A DNA stretch of 64,000 nucleotides, from the NCBI GenBank assembly GCA_964632485.1, contig CAZWDO010000002.1, forward strand, positions 124,001-188,000, written 5' to 3'. Positions 27,875 to 38,090 of this stretch are shown piece after piece. The stretch's first letter is position 1. Each line of letters starts with the position of its first letter. This DNA comes from an uncultured bacterium. Lineage in GTDB: Bacteria > JAGOEH01. The translations under genes were made by a program, and so were the position numbers. The notes under the pieces were generated by a model. It did no database searches and had not been told where the DNA came from. It saw nothing but the letters and a program-made list of their open reading frames with translations.

Positions 27875-30208
27875 ATGAGAAAAAGTTTTTTAAGCCGTGT
27901 TTTTATTGGTTTAGCGATTTTAATGGGGTTTTGGTTTATCAATTGCAGCAAAGATAATGATTCATCCAATCAATCTGCCAATCAATTGAAGAAAGCGCCG
28001 GTTCCCGGAAAAATTCATACTCGTGAGACCATTGAAACACAAATTCCCCCATTGAAGGTGATGACTCCGGAAATTGTCCGGGGATTAGAAAAAACCGAGG
28101 CCACTAATGCATTGGGAATTTGGCTTTGGTATATTGAAGGCACCGGATATAGCTCTCACTCCGCATTAGCGCAGGATTTAGCCGCTATGGGCGTAAAACG
28201 GGTTTATATAAAAGTGGCCGACGGATCTATGAGTAGCAGCGCCTGGCCGGAAGTTACAGATGTGTCGGTACCCCAGGCTTACAAGGCTTATGGCATTGAG
28301 CCCTGGGCCTGGTCGTACAACTATCCGGGTAATGACGATGCCCAGTCTGACGCATTGTATTACGCCGCAAAAACAGGATATGTGGGCTATGCGCTGGATA
28401 TTGAAGTGGAATTTGATGGTCAAATAACAGCGTTGCACAATATTATGCAAGCCTTTACTCAGGCGCGTACCGATGCCCGCGCGGCTGGGTATGCGTCCAG
28501 CTCATTTAAAATATACTGTACCTCCTGGGGCAATCCTCAGGATCATAATATGCACGTCGAAGTGATTGATCAATATGTGGATGCCCACATGCCACAAACC
28601 TATGTGGAGCATTGGGGCAGTTCCTATATGAACAATATCACCGCGACTATTAATGCCGGTAACACTGAATACCGCAGTATGGGATGTACGAAACCGATCC
28701 ATCATATTGTCAGTGATGAATTAGATGTTTTGACCGCGACTCAGATCAATGAATTTATCCAGGCTTCCGGCATTGAAACCTCCGTATGGCGCGTGCCCGG
28801 TGGCGATGTCTCTATGAATGTCTGGAATACATTGGAGGCCGTGAATTGGAACTATGGCTCCACAACCCCATCGTACCAGATTGCTTTAAGCTGCCCGTCA
28901 ACGATTCCCGTTAATCAGAACACTATAATCGAAGGTACGGCGAGTAGCGGGATTACCAGGGTTAAAGGCACCCTGGACGGATACGCAATCGGAGAAGCTA
29001 CCGTCAGCAATGGTTCCTGGGCGTTCACCGCGAAATTCAATACTACCGGAAGTAGTCGAAATCTGGTAGTCACCGGTTACACTTCGACTGGAGCCGTGGC
29101 CGGTTCAGCTTCGAAAACCATTGCCGTTGTGGCTTCCACCGGGGAATCGGTCACGGTTACCATTCCTGCCTCGATTATCGTGGGTTCCGCGGCAACATTT
29201 ACGGGTACGGTTTCTTCAGGTATCACCAAAATCATTGCGTCGGTTGATGGGTATCAAATTGCCAACAAAACGGTTTCGAATGGCCAATATTCATTCTCCT
29301 ATACCTTTAATAGCGCAGGCGCCAACCGTACCTTGGTGGTTAATGGATTTAATGCTGCTGGCGCTTCATTGGCTCAAGTCCAGAAACTGATCACCATTCA
29401 AAGTACCGCCGCTGCTGCCGTAACGGTTACTGTGCCTTCCTCGATTAAAGTCGGTATCGCCGCCACTTTCAGCGGCACGGTTACCGGCGCAATTACCAAG
29501 ATCATTGCGTCTGTCGATGGCTATACCATTGCCACCAAGACTGTCAGCAACGGTCAGTATTCTTTTGCATATACATTCAATTCCGCCGGAACCAACCGTT
29601 CCCTGGTCGTCAACGGATTCAACAGCGCCGGTGTATCCTTAGCTCAAGTACAAAAATCGATCACCGTGGAAGGTACGACCCCAACTACTGGCGTACCCCA
29701 ATTGCCTTATTTTTATCAATATTATAATTCGATCAATCCCGGAGGTTCGTGCCAGAACACCTCCATGGCCATGATTTTGAAGTATTATGGCGCTTCTTCG
29801 GAAACCCCGGATGAGATTTCCAGCTATTACGGGACTTCTCAGGGACAAACAGTTGCCGGTTGGCAGTCCGTTTTCAATTCAGAAGCCGCTTATTTTGGCT
29901 TAAGTGTCCGAGACGCGGGAACTACTGTCGGCTCTGTGACTCAGTTGCGATCCGTACTGGCGCAGGGGAAACCGGTTGCCGTTCATGGCTACTTGACCGC
30001 CTATGGCCATGTGATCGTTATTCTGGGTTATGACGGCACATATTATACTTGTCATGATCCTGCCGGGAAATGGAATCAGGTATATATGGGTGGAGGTTAT
30101 ACCGGCACCGATCCCACTGGCGGTAAATTCGTAAAATACTCCAAGGCTGCGTTGGAACAAGCAATCGCGCCTGACGGCAATATTTGGATGCATATTTTGT
30201 CAAACTAA
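27875..30208 (+). CDS. Predicted lipoprotein: glycoside-hydrolase-like N-terminal domain, three Ig-like repeats, C-terminal C39-like cysteine peptidase
   Basis: Lipobox-like WFINC, YIKVADG and LDIEVEF, about 90-aa repeats, PYFYQ..GSCQNTSMAMIL..GHVIVILGYD..HDP. SD aaggag points to ATG 27875. Confidence 0.75.
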   Translation: MRKSFLSRVFIGLAILMGFWFINCSKDNDSSNQSANQLKKAPVPGKIHTRETIETQIPPLKVMTPEIVRGLEKTEATNALGIWLWYIEGTGYSSHSALAQDLAAMGVKRVYIKVADGSMSSSAWPEVTDVSVPQAYKAYGIEPWAWSYNYPGNDDAQSDALYYAAKTGYVGYALDIEVEFDGQITALHNIMQAFTQARTDARAAGYASSSFKIYCTSWGNPQDHNMHVEVIDQYVDAHMPQTYVEHWGSSYMNNITATINAGNTEYRSMGCTKPIHHIVSDELDVLTATQINEFIQASGIETSVWRVPGGDVSMNVWNTLEAVNWNYGSTTPSYQIALSCPSTIPVNQNTIIEGTASSGITRVKGTLDGYAIGEATVSNGSWAFTAKFNTTGSSRNLVVTGYTSTGAVAGSASKTIAVVASTGESVTVTIPASIIVGSAATFTGTVSSGITKIIASVDGYQIANKTVSNGQYSFSYTFNSAGANRTLVVNGFNAAGASLAQVQKLITIQSTAAAAVTVTVPSSIKVGIAATFSGTVTGAITKIIASVDGYTIATKTVSNGQYSFAYTFNSAGTNRSLVVNGFNSAGVSLAQVQKSITVEGTTPTTGVPQLPYFYQYYNSINPGGSCQNTSMAMILKYYGASSETPDEISSYYGTSQGQTVAGWQSVFNSEAAYFGLSVRDAGTTVGSVTQLRSVLAQGKPVAVHGYLTAYGHVIVILGYDGTYYTCHDPAGKWNQVYMGGGYTGTDPTGGKFVKYSKAALEQAIAPDGNIWMHILSN
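28870..29675 (+). repeat. Three tandem intragenic ~270-bp Ig-like repeats
   Basis: GITKIIASVDGYQIANKTVSNGQYSFSYTFNSAG and AITKIIASVDGYTIATKTVSNGQYSFAYTFNSAG, plus a more diverged first copy. Boundaries are approximate. Confidence 0.8.
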
Positions 30209-30234
30209 GCATCAAAACTGTCTCCTACTGTATC

Positions 30235-30268
30235 GGCGTCCGGGTCCCACATCCGGACGCCTTTTTTT
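30235..30268 (+). terminator. Intrinsic terminator
   Basis: GGCGTCCGGG-loop-TCCGGACGCC followed by T7. Confidence 0.85.
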
Positions 30269-30276
30269 GTGGAGGA

Positions 30277-30918
30277 TCAGCTATCAATGATTCCTTTTTT
30301 AATCGCTTCCGATACTGCAGCCGCCTGGGAATGGACCTGAAGTTTTTTATAAATATTGCGAATATGGTGGCGAACGGTGGCTATGCTGATAAATAGATTA
30401 TCGGCAATGGTCTTGTAACAATTTCCTTCCGATAAAGCTCGCAGTACTTCAATTTCCCGATCGGATAATGGAACATTGGTTTTAGGAGTAAAAAGATTTT
30501 TTTGCTGAAACAGGGTAACAACTTTTCGGGCTATCACGGAGCTCATGGGCGAGCCACCATCAAAGGCATCCTGTATCGCTTCCAATAGTTGTGACGGGGG
30601 AGTCCGCTTAAGCAGATAACCTGACGCGCCCGCGCAAAGGGCTTCGAAAATCAGATTGTTATCTTCATAAACCGTTAGTATCAGAACGATCAATTGAGGA
30701 TAAAGCGGTCGTATCCTCTGGATACATTCAATCCCGCTCATGCCTGGCAATTGGATATCCATCAGCGCCACATCCGGAATAGATTCGCTCAGGCTTTCTA
30801 TAAATTGTTCTGCCGTACGAAAGGTATGAATACATTGATAGTTTTTTGTACCATCGATCAAGGCGGCCAATCCTTTTCGGATCGTGATATTATCTTCGAT
30901 AATTGCGACTTTTATCAT
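30277..30918 (-). CDS. NarL/LuxR family DNA-binding response regulator
   Basis: IIEDN, MDIQLP, GASGYLLK and LSDREIEVL..IADNLFIS..TVRHHIRNIYKKL. Confidence 0.95.
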   Translation of the reverse strand: MIKVAIIEDNITIRKGLAALIDGTKNYQCIHTFRTAEQFIESLSESIPDVALMDIQLPGMSGIECIQRIRPLYPQLIVLILTVYEDNNLIFEALCAGASGYLLKRTPPSQLLEAIQDAFDGGSPMSSVIARKVVTLFQQKNLFTPKTNVPLSDREIEVLRALSEGNCYKTIADNLFISIATVRHHIRNIYKKLQVHSQAAAVSEAIKKGIIDS

Positions 30919-30925
30919 GATTTAT

Positions 30926-33900
30926 TTACCTTTCATTATAGGATAAAAAGGAGCGCTTTAAATGGCAATATAAATGAATTTTGGTACCAGCGCCCGGATG
31001 GCTGAGGATTTCAAGCGAACTGTCAATCGTTTTTGCCCGTTTAAGCATATTTTCAAGTCCATTACCTCTTCCAAGCGATTGATTGACATTCATGCCAATA
31101 CCGTCATCACTTAACATGATATTTAATTTGTTACTCTTGATTTCAATTTTTATCAGAATATTTTTGCAGCGGCTGTATTTGATGCTATTATTAATCGCTT
31201 CCTTAAAGATTAAATAAATATTTTGACGAATGGCTACGGGGAGCTTCATTTTTTCCAACAAGGTTATGTTTTCAGTTTTGAAATTAATGGCTGACTGACT
31301 TAATAACCCGCAATAGGAATCTTTCAGTCTCAGGACCAAGGCATAGAGTGAGCGTTGATTGGGGTTGATCAGCCATACGATATCGCTCATGGCTTCCACC
31401 AATTCTCCGGCTTTTACAGAGATTGACTCCAGATTTGATTGTAAAAGACTGCTATTTTTTAATTCGCTGTCAATAGTTGTATAATAGTTTTGCGCTAATT
31501 GACTGAGAATAACTATTTCGGTTAGACCCGAACCAATCGTGTCATGCAGGTCCGCGGCAATTTTAGTCCTGATTTTAGCGATAGAACGATAATACTGCAG
31601 TCGGTTGATAATGACAACGCCGATAATCGAAAGAGTGGTAACTATGGCTATCATCTTGAACCACCATGTATTCCAATAAGAAGGCATGATGATCAAGGTA
31701 ACCCGGCGGGTGGTCTTACTCCATACACCGTCATTGTTAGCGCCTTTGATGCAAAAAGTATATTTTCCGCTACTCAGATTTGTATAGTTGACAAAATTGC
31801 GATTGGTTAAGTTAAACCACTCATTGTCAAATCCTTCCAATTTGTACAAAAATTGATTGGATAAGGGTTGGGAAAAGTCGAGCGCGGCAAATTCGATGGA
31901 AAAATATTTGTCCTGATCGCTGATTTTGATTGTATCCCGTGTTTCTATCGAAGGGGAATCCAATTCGATCCGGCGGTTATAGATTTTGAAAGAAGTAATA
32001 ACGATGGGCGGGGGGCTGCGATTAAACGCGATTTCCTGGGGAAAAAAAGAGTTAAATCCATTGATCCCACCAAAAAAAAGTTCTCCGTTTTTACTTTTTA
32101 AAACGGAATTATAACAGAATTCGTTGCTTTGTAATCCATCATGGGTTGTAAAAACGATTGACTGGAGTGTGTAAGTGTTGAATCTGATCAACCCGTTATC
32201 TGAGCTGATCCAGAGATTACCGTAATTGTCCATGACGAGCGCTGCTATTTCATTGGATGGCAGTCCGTTTTCATTTGTAAAGCGAGTGAACTTTCCGGTT
32301 TTGACCTCCAATCGGTTCAACCCGCCACCATAGGTCCCGATCCACAACACGCCGGGCGAATCGTAAATCAAAGCTGAGATTAAATTGTGTGACAAACTAT
32401 TGGAGCAATCAGGATCATGATAATAGTGTTTGATTTGACGGGTCCTGGGGTCAAGACAATTTAATCCATTGTCGGTTCCAATCCATATTTTCCCGTTGTC
32501 ATCTGCCGTAATTGTGTGAACCCAGTGGTTGGATAAGCTCGTATCGGTATTTTTTATATAATTATAAAAAGAGAATTTTTTTCGATCAGGTGATAGCTTG
32601 CTTAATCCAAAATATGTTCCGATCCAAAGTGTGCTATCGGCGCCCAAAAAAAGTGTTTGGATATTATTATGACTGATGCTCACATTGGGATCGTTGGCAT
32701 GAAACTGTTTAAATTGATTGCGCTGTCGATTAAATTGAGTTAAACCATTAGCAGTACCGATCCACAATGATCCGTCAAAATCTTCGCATAACGCATTGAC
32801 TCGGTTGTGGGCCAAAGAATTGGCATCATTGAAATTATGCTGGTACCATGTGTAAGTATCGCTTTGGCGATCTAGCCGATTCAGCCCCCCACTTCGTGTT
32901 CCAATCCAAAGCGCGCCGGTATGATCTTCAAGAAGGGATACGATATAGCGGTTGCTAAGAGCCTGACCGGACGCGCCTTCCTGATTGTAGGTCGCAAATT
33001 TATTGGTCCAGGGGCTGTATTGGTTGAGCCCTCCAATTCCTGTGCCGATCCAGATGTTGTGAGAACGGTCTTCAAAGAGAGACCAGATTATATTATCGCT
33101 CAAGCTGGACGGATCGAATGGATCACTCTTGAAAACGGAAAAAAGACGGGTTTCCGGATGATACAAATAGAGTCCCGCTTCAGTAGCAATCCATAAACGA
33201 TGAAGAGCATCTCGAAATAACTGTGTGATATGAAGTTGATTGAGTTGTATTAAATCGGATTTGAAAAAAAGTCCATTTTTTGGATCAAAGCGAAATAATC
33301 CACGCTGTGTGCCAATCCAGAATTGACCCGTAGAATCTTCCTGGATTGACCAGACTGAGAAATACTCAGCAACCGATGAGCGGGGTTTATAGTTAGTGAA
33401 TCGGCGGTGTTCCGGATCGAAATGGCAGAGTCCGTCCCCGGTGCCCAACCACAGATTTTCATGGCAATCCTCGAAAATGTCTAAAATCTCATTGTGATTT
33501 AAGCCGTTGATACTATCACTTTCCCAAGTATAACGAGAAAAACATTCTTTTTCTTCGTTATACAAATTCAAGCCGTTGCCGGTACCGATCCAGAGTCGGC
33601 CTTTTTTATCCTCTTGTATCGCCCATATACTGAATCCGCTGATTTTTGTTGAATCGTAAGTCTGAGGGGCATAACGGCGAAATGTCTGATTCAAATGATT
33701 ATACCGATTCAGTCCTTGGTATGTACCGACCCAAAGCCGATTATGACTATCCTCCAGCAAGGAGATAATGGTGTTGTCGGAAATTGAAAGGCTGTCGTTC
33801 AGTTTTTTTTTAAAAACAACAAATTGATAACCATCATATCGATTTAAGCCATTATTGGTACCGATCCATAGAAAACCAACATGATCCTGCTCGATTGAAT

Positions 33901-34021
33901 ATACGGTATTTTGTGATAAACCCTGGTCGGAGGCAATCCGTCTGAAACGGATAGGGGAGGCCTCAGATATGAAGAAAAGGGAATGAGTAATAATCAGCAT
34001 CCATATAATGAGTTGCAACAA
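30926..34021 (-). CDS. Beta-propeller/Y_Y_Y sensor histidine kinase (HisKA_3 type)
   Basis: Reg_prop repeats, YTNLSSGKY, TM, IAADLHDTIGSGL, KEAINNSIKYS, DDGIG and GNGLENM. Confidence 0.92.
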   Translation of the reverse strand: MLQLIIWMLIITHSLFFISEASPIRFRRIASDQGLSQNTVYSIEQDHVGFLWIGTNNGLNRYDGYQFVVFKKKLNDSLSISDNTIISLLEDSHNRLWVGTYQGLNRYNHLNQTFRRYAPQTYDSTKISGFSIWAIQEDKKGRLWIGTGNGLNLYNEEKECFSRYTWESDSINGLNHNEILDIFEDCHENLWLGTGDGLCHFDPEHRRFTNYKPRSSVAEYFSVWSIQEDSTGQFWIGTQRGLFRFDPKNGLFFKSDLIQLNQLHITQLFRDALHRLWIATEAGLYLYHPETRLFSVFKSDPFDPSSLSDNIIWSLFEDRSHNIWIGTGIGGLNQYSPWTNKFATYNQEGASGQALSNRYIVSLLEDHTGALWIGTRSGGLNRLDRQSDTYTWYQHNFNDANSLAHNRVNALCEDFDGSLWIGTANGLTQFNRQRNQFKQFHANDPNVSISHNNIQTLFLGADSTLWIGTYFGLSKLSPDRKKFSFYNYIKNTDTSLSNHWVHTITADDNGKIWIGTDNGLNCLDPRTRQIKHYYHDPDCSNSLSHNLISALIYDSPGVLWIGTYGGGLNRLEVKTGKFTRFTNENGLPSNEIAALVMDNYGNLWISSDNGLIRFNTYTLQSIVFTTHDGLQSNEFCYNSVLKSKNGELFFGGINGFNSFFPQEIAFNRSPPPIVITSFKIYNRRIELDSPSIETRDTIKISDQDKYFSIEFAALDFSQPLSNQFLYKLEGFDNEWFNLTNRNFVNYTNLSSGKYTFCIKGANNDGVWSKTTRRVTLIIMPSYWNTWWFKMIAIVTTLSIIGVVIINRLQYYRSIAKIRTKIAADLHDTIGSGLTEIVILSQLAQNYYTTIDSELKNSSLLQSNLESISVKAGELVEAMSDIVWLINPNQRSLYALVLRLKDSYCGLLSQSAINFKTENITLLEKMKLPVAIRQNIYLIFKEAINNSIKYSRCKNILIKIEIKSNKLNIMLSDDGIGMNVNQSLGRGNGLENMLKRAKTIDSSLEILSHPGAGTKIHLYCHLKRSFLSYNER

Positions 34022-34386
34022 AGCAAATTACTCCATAATTTTACGTCTGTTTTTAATTCGTGGGTTGATCAACAATTTTAATATTGTCCTGAACAAAAAT
34101 GCAGAATCTGCTTGAGATTTCACAGCAAACTCGCACTCTTGAACGCAAAAACTGCTGGCAAATTTATACCAGATAAATATTAATAATACATTATCTTCTT
34201 TATGTCAATCATTTTTTTTCATAAATTTAAAATTATTATTCCATTTTTCCTACATATTTAAAAATTCTGATGATTGATCGCGTTTCCCATTTGATTCGAC
34301 AAACACCGTTTTTTAATTTGCATTTCTCGCACCAGGAGAAAGAAATATTTAATGTAATTGATGAGTGTAAATTAAATAAGTCTCTA

Positions 34387-35619
34387 TTAATTATCAATGG
34401 GATTGCTAATCACCCATTCCCAAAGCATTGTGCTCAGGGAATTAGTCAATAACCAACCTTGCGGTAGCAACCGGAGTCGGGGAGATTGCCATTGCCAATA
34501 TGAACAAGGCCAATATTCATTAATTTTATCGAACAAAGCAGAAATTTTATCAGTATCATTTCTCATAAGTTTTACCAGATCGAGGCCGTTTTTTGTTCTC
34601 AAACCAAGGAAAATCTGTTCTAGGATGACTTGGTGTTGGGACCTTGTTTCGGGTTGATCCATGGATGGGATGCCGGATTGGACGGCCGCATAATAGGTTT
34701 CGATATCCTGGGGATTAGTGAAACGATTTCCCTTCATAAAGGAAGCGGCGGCGGCGCCCAAACCCAGATATTCTCTTTCTTTCCAATATGCAAGATTGTG
34801 CCGCGCTTCGCGCTCTGGGAGGCTATAGTTGGAAATTTCATAATGATCGTATCCTCGTTTCGTTAAAAACTCATCGATCAGCATAAAAAAACGGGCGCCA
34901 GTTTTGTCTTCGAGATCGCTATGAAATGAATCAGCATATTGGCTGTTCATCGGGGTATCGTCTTCCAGTGTCAGCTCATAGTAAGAGATGTGAGCCGGTC
35001 TCAATTGGGCAATGAGAGCTAAATCCGCAAAGAGAAAGTGTTCGCTTTGACCCGGGATATGATAAATAAAATCGAGGTTCAGTTCAGGCCAGTTTTCTTT
35101 GGTAATCATATTGAAAACTTTATCCAGCAAGCGCCGTCCATAGGGACGGCCCAACGTTTGTAGCAACCGTTCTTGTCCCGTTTGAACTCCCAGGCTGAGT
35201 CGATTGATCCCCCATGAGCCCCAGACGTTTAATTTTTCCCGGGTTAATGAATCGGGATTGGCCTCAATGGTGATTTCTATATTTTCTGAAAATGTAAATG
35301 TTTCATTAATTTTTGTGAGTATCGTTTCCAGTTCAGCCAGAGGATAATAGGATGGCGTTCCCCCCCCCAAATATAGAGAGTGGAGTCGGTAGCCTTCCAA
35401 TAGGCCCCGACGTCGGTATAAATCGATTTCAGATTGAATTGCCACGCTGTATCTGCTAAATTCCACATCAGGGGGCGAAGGTATTGAATAAAATCCGCAA
35501 TAGAGGCATTTACGTTTACAAAAAGGTAAATGGAGATACAGCGCGAGCGGTTTTTTTTCAGTAAACGATTTTTCCGATACGACGGAATCTGATGGACATG
35601 ATTTTGCGGTAGATATCAT
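34387..35619 (-). CDS. hemW: Radical SAM heme chaperone HemW (HemN-like)
   Basis: LYLHLPFCKRKCLYCGF, YLGGGTPS, TIEANP, YEISNYS and HNLAYW, downstream of lepA-lepB. Confidence 0.87.
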   Translation of the reverse strand: MISTAKSCPSDSVVSEKSFTEKKPLALYLHLPFCKRKCLYCGFYSIPSPPDVEFSRYSVAIQSEIDLYRRRGLLEGYRLHSLYLGGGTPSYYPLAELETILTKINETFTFSENIEITIEANPDSLTREKLNVWGSWGINRLSLGVQTGQERLLQTLGRPYGRRLLDKVFNMITKENWPELNLDFIYHIPGQSEHFLFADLALIAQLRPAHISYYELTLEDDTPMNSQYADSFHSDLEDKTGARFFMLIDEFLTKRGYDHYEISNYSLPEREARHNLAYWKEREYLGLGAAAASFMKGNRFTNPQDIETYYAAVQSGIPSMDQPETRSQHQVILEQIFLGLRTKNGLDLVKLMRNDTDKISALFDKINEYWPCSYWQWQSPRLRLLPQGWLLTNSLSTMLWEWVISNPIDN

Positions 35620-36274
35620 AAAAAGGGATTTCTTTGTTCCAGGACCAATAAATTATCAGGGCTTTTCCTTTCAGCAAGCTGTCAGGAACAGGGCCCCAGA
35701 AACGGCTGTCATTGCTGTTGTCACGATTATCGCCCATCGCGAAATAATGATTCGAAGGAACAATGTAGGGACCGTAATTATCGCGCACCGTATAATTATG
35801 GGGATAAACATTGGGATCGGAAAATTTGCCATTATCCGGCAATGGGCGGTGTTCGCTGTTGATATAGAGTTGTTTGTTTTTAATGATGATGGTATCGCCA
35901 GCTACGGCGACGCAGCGTTTTACGAAATTCATTTCCTGGTCTTGCGGAAAACGAAAAACGATGATATCCCCGGCTTCAGGGCGGCGGAAACGGGGTAGAT
36001 GTTTGCGGATGAAAGGAATTTCAGCGCCGTATATAAATTTATTGATGAAAAGAAAATCGCCAGGCAAGATAGTGTTTTCCATACTGCCGGTCGGTACCGT
36101 TGTGGCCTCGATGACGAAGGTTTTAATCAATAAGGCGACAATTAGAGCCCAGCCGAAGGACTTGACATTTTCGATCACCTTGCCTTTAAAGGTTGTTGGT
36201 TTGGGTTTTTCCGGATCGGGTTTAATCAACACTGATTTGATTTTTTGCCAGTCGATTCGTTTTAGAGTCGTCAT
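35558..36274 (-). CDS. lepB: Signal peptidase I
   Basis: PTGSMENT, FVKRC and MGDNRDNSNDSRFWG. SD aaggag points to ATG 36274. Confidence 0.95.
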   Translation of the reverse strand: MTTLKRIDWQKIKSVLIKPDPEKPKPTTFKGKVIENVKSFGWALIVALLIKTFVIEATTVPTGSMENTILPGDFLFINKFIYGAEIPFIRKHLPRFRRPEAGDIIVFRFPQDQEMNFVKRCVAVAGDTIIIKNKQLYINSEHRPLPDNGKFSDPNVYPHNYTVRDNYGPYIVPSNHYFAMGDNRDNSNDSRFWGPVPDSLLKGKALIIYWSWNKEIPFYDIYRKIMSIRFRRIGKIVY

Positions 36275-36284
36275 GTTATCTCCT

Positions 36285-38090
36285 TTAATCATCATCTTCT
36301 ATATTCAAAACGGCCAGGAAAGCTTCCTGGGGGATTTCTACTTTACCTACACGTTTCATACGTTTTTTCCCCTCTTTTTGTTTCTCTAAAAGTTTTCGTT
36401 TACGGGAAATATCCCCGCCATAACATTTGGCAGTCACATTTTTACGAAGCGCTTTAATCGATTCACGGGCGATGATGCGCGAACCGATAGCCGCTTGGAC
36501 TGCGACTTCGAACATTTGTCGGGGAATCAGTCGCCGGAGTTTTTCTACTAGTTTGCGGCCCCAAAAATATGATTTTTCATGATGGACGATCATCGATAAC
36601 GCATCAATAGGTTCATTATTTAACAGGATATCGAGCTTGACCATTTTAGAGGGCCGGTACTCCAGAAATTCATAATCCAGAGAAGCATAACCTTTTGAAA
36701 TGGTTTTTAACTTATCATAAAAATCAAAAACAATTTCATTTAACGGGAATTCAAAACGGATATCGACCCGGTTGTTATCTAAGTATTCCATATCCTTATG
36801 AATCCCGCGCCGGTCATTGGCCAGCTTCATAATATTGCCAATGAATTCTGTTGGAGTGACAATCTGTCCGATTACGAAGGGTTCTTCTATTCGTTCCATC
36901 AGGGTTGGCTCAGGCATGCGCGATGGATTATCAATAATCAATTTTTTACCAAAATTGTCATAAACGATATATTCAACATTCGGAACGGTTGTGATGATCT
37001 CGATATGGTATTCGCGGGAAAGGCGTTCCTGGACGATTTCCATGTGCAGCAATCCCAAAAATCCGCAGCGGAATCCGAATCCGAGCGCTTGTGATACTTC
37101 TGCTTCATAGATGAGTGAAGCATCATTGAGGTTCAGTTTTTCAAGCGCAACTTTGAGCTCTTCATATTCTTCACTGTTAATGGGATATATCCCGGCAAAG
37201 ACCATTGATTTGGCGGGCCGATATCCCGGAAGAGGTGCGTCGCAGGGATTTCCTTTGTCGGAAATGGTATCACCGACTCTCGTATCGGCTACATTTCTAA
37301 TATTGGCGATCAAATACCCCACTTCACCGGCTTTGAGATTCGGGCGCGATTCTTTTTTAAGCTTTAAATACCCCACTTCATCGACTTCAAATTCTTTACC
37401 GGAAGCATACATAAAAATTTGGCTATGGGGTCGAACCGTTCCATTAATAATACGCACATAGGGTATGGCGCCGCGATAGGTATCGAAAATTGAATCGAAG
37501 ATCAGGGCTTGCAGTGGAGCGTCTGGATCTCCTTGGGGCGGAGGAATTTGAAATACAATTTCCTCCAGCAGATGATTAATCCCGAGACCGGTTTTCGCGC
37601 TGACCTTGACAATTTCTTGTTCATTGCATCCTAATAGTTCGATCAGTTGTTCCGTAACCATAGTAATTTGCGCCGCTGGTAAATCGATTTTATTAAGAAC
37701 CGGAAGTATATGCAAATTATGGTCCAGCGCCTGGTAAAGGGTGCTCAGGGTTTGGGCTTCTATGCCCTGGCTGGCGTCCACAACCAGCAAAGCCCCTTCG
37801 CAGGCTGCCAGGGCGCGGCTCACCTCATAGGAAAAATCGACATGTCCGGGCGTATCGATCAAGTTGAGTATATATTCCTGATTGTCTAATGCCCTATGCT
37901 GCATGCGAATAGCGTGGGCTTTAATTGTAATTCCCCGCTCGCGTTCAAGGTCCATGTCGTCGAGAATTTGATTTTTCATTTCACGTTGGGATACAGTGTG
38001 GGTCGCTTCCAATAATCGGTCGGCAAGCGTTGATTTTCCATGATCAATATGCGCTATGATGCAAAAATTGCGGATTTGTTCAAGTTTCAT
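36285..38090 (-). CDS. lepA: Translation elongation factor 4
   Basis: [30 protein letters not shown] and [18 protein letters not shown]. Confidence 0.98.
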   Translation of the reverse strand: MKLEQIRNFCIIAHIDHGKSTLADRLLEATHTVSQREMKNQILDDMDLERERGITIKAHAIRMQHRALDNQEYILNLIDTPGHVDFSYEVSRALAACEGALLVVDASQGIEAQTLSTLYQALDHNLHILPVLNKIDLPAAQITMVTEQLIELLGCNEQEIVKVSAKTGLGINHLLEEIVFQIPPPQGDPDAPLQALIFDSIFDTYRGAIPYVRIINGTVRPHSQIFMYASGKEFEVDEVGYLKLKKESRPNLKAGEVGYLIANIRNVADTRVGDTISDKGNPCDAPLPGYRPAKSMVFAGIYPINSEEYEELKVALEKLNLNDASLIYEAEVSQALGFGFRCGFLGLLHMEIVQERLSREYHIEIITTVPNVEYIVYDNFGKKLIIDNPSRMPEPTLMERIEEPFVIGQIVTPTEFIGNIMKLANDRRGIHKDMEYLDNNRVDIRFEFPLNEIVFDFYDKLKTISKGYASLDYEFLEYRPSKMVKLDILLNNEPIDALSMIVHHEKSYFWGRKLVEKLRRLIPRQMFEVAVQAAIGSRIIARESIKALRKNVTAKCYGGDISRKRKLLEKQKEGKKRMKRVGKVEIPQEAFLAVLNIEDDD

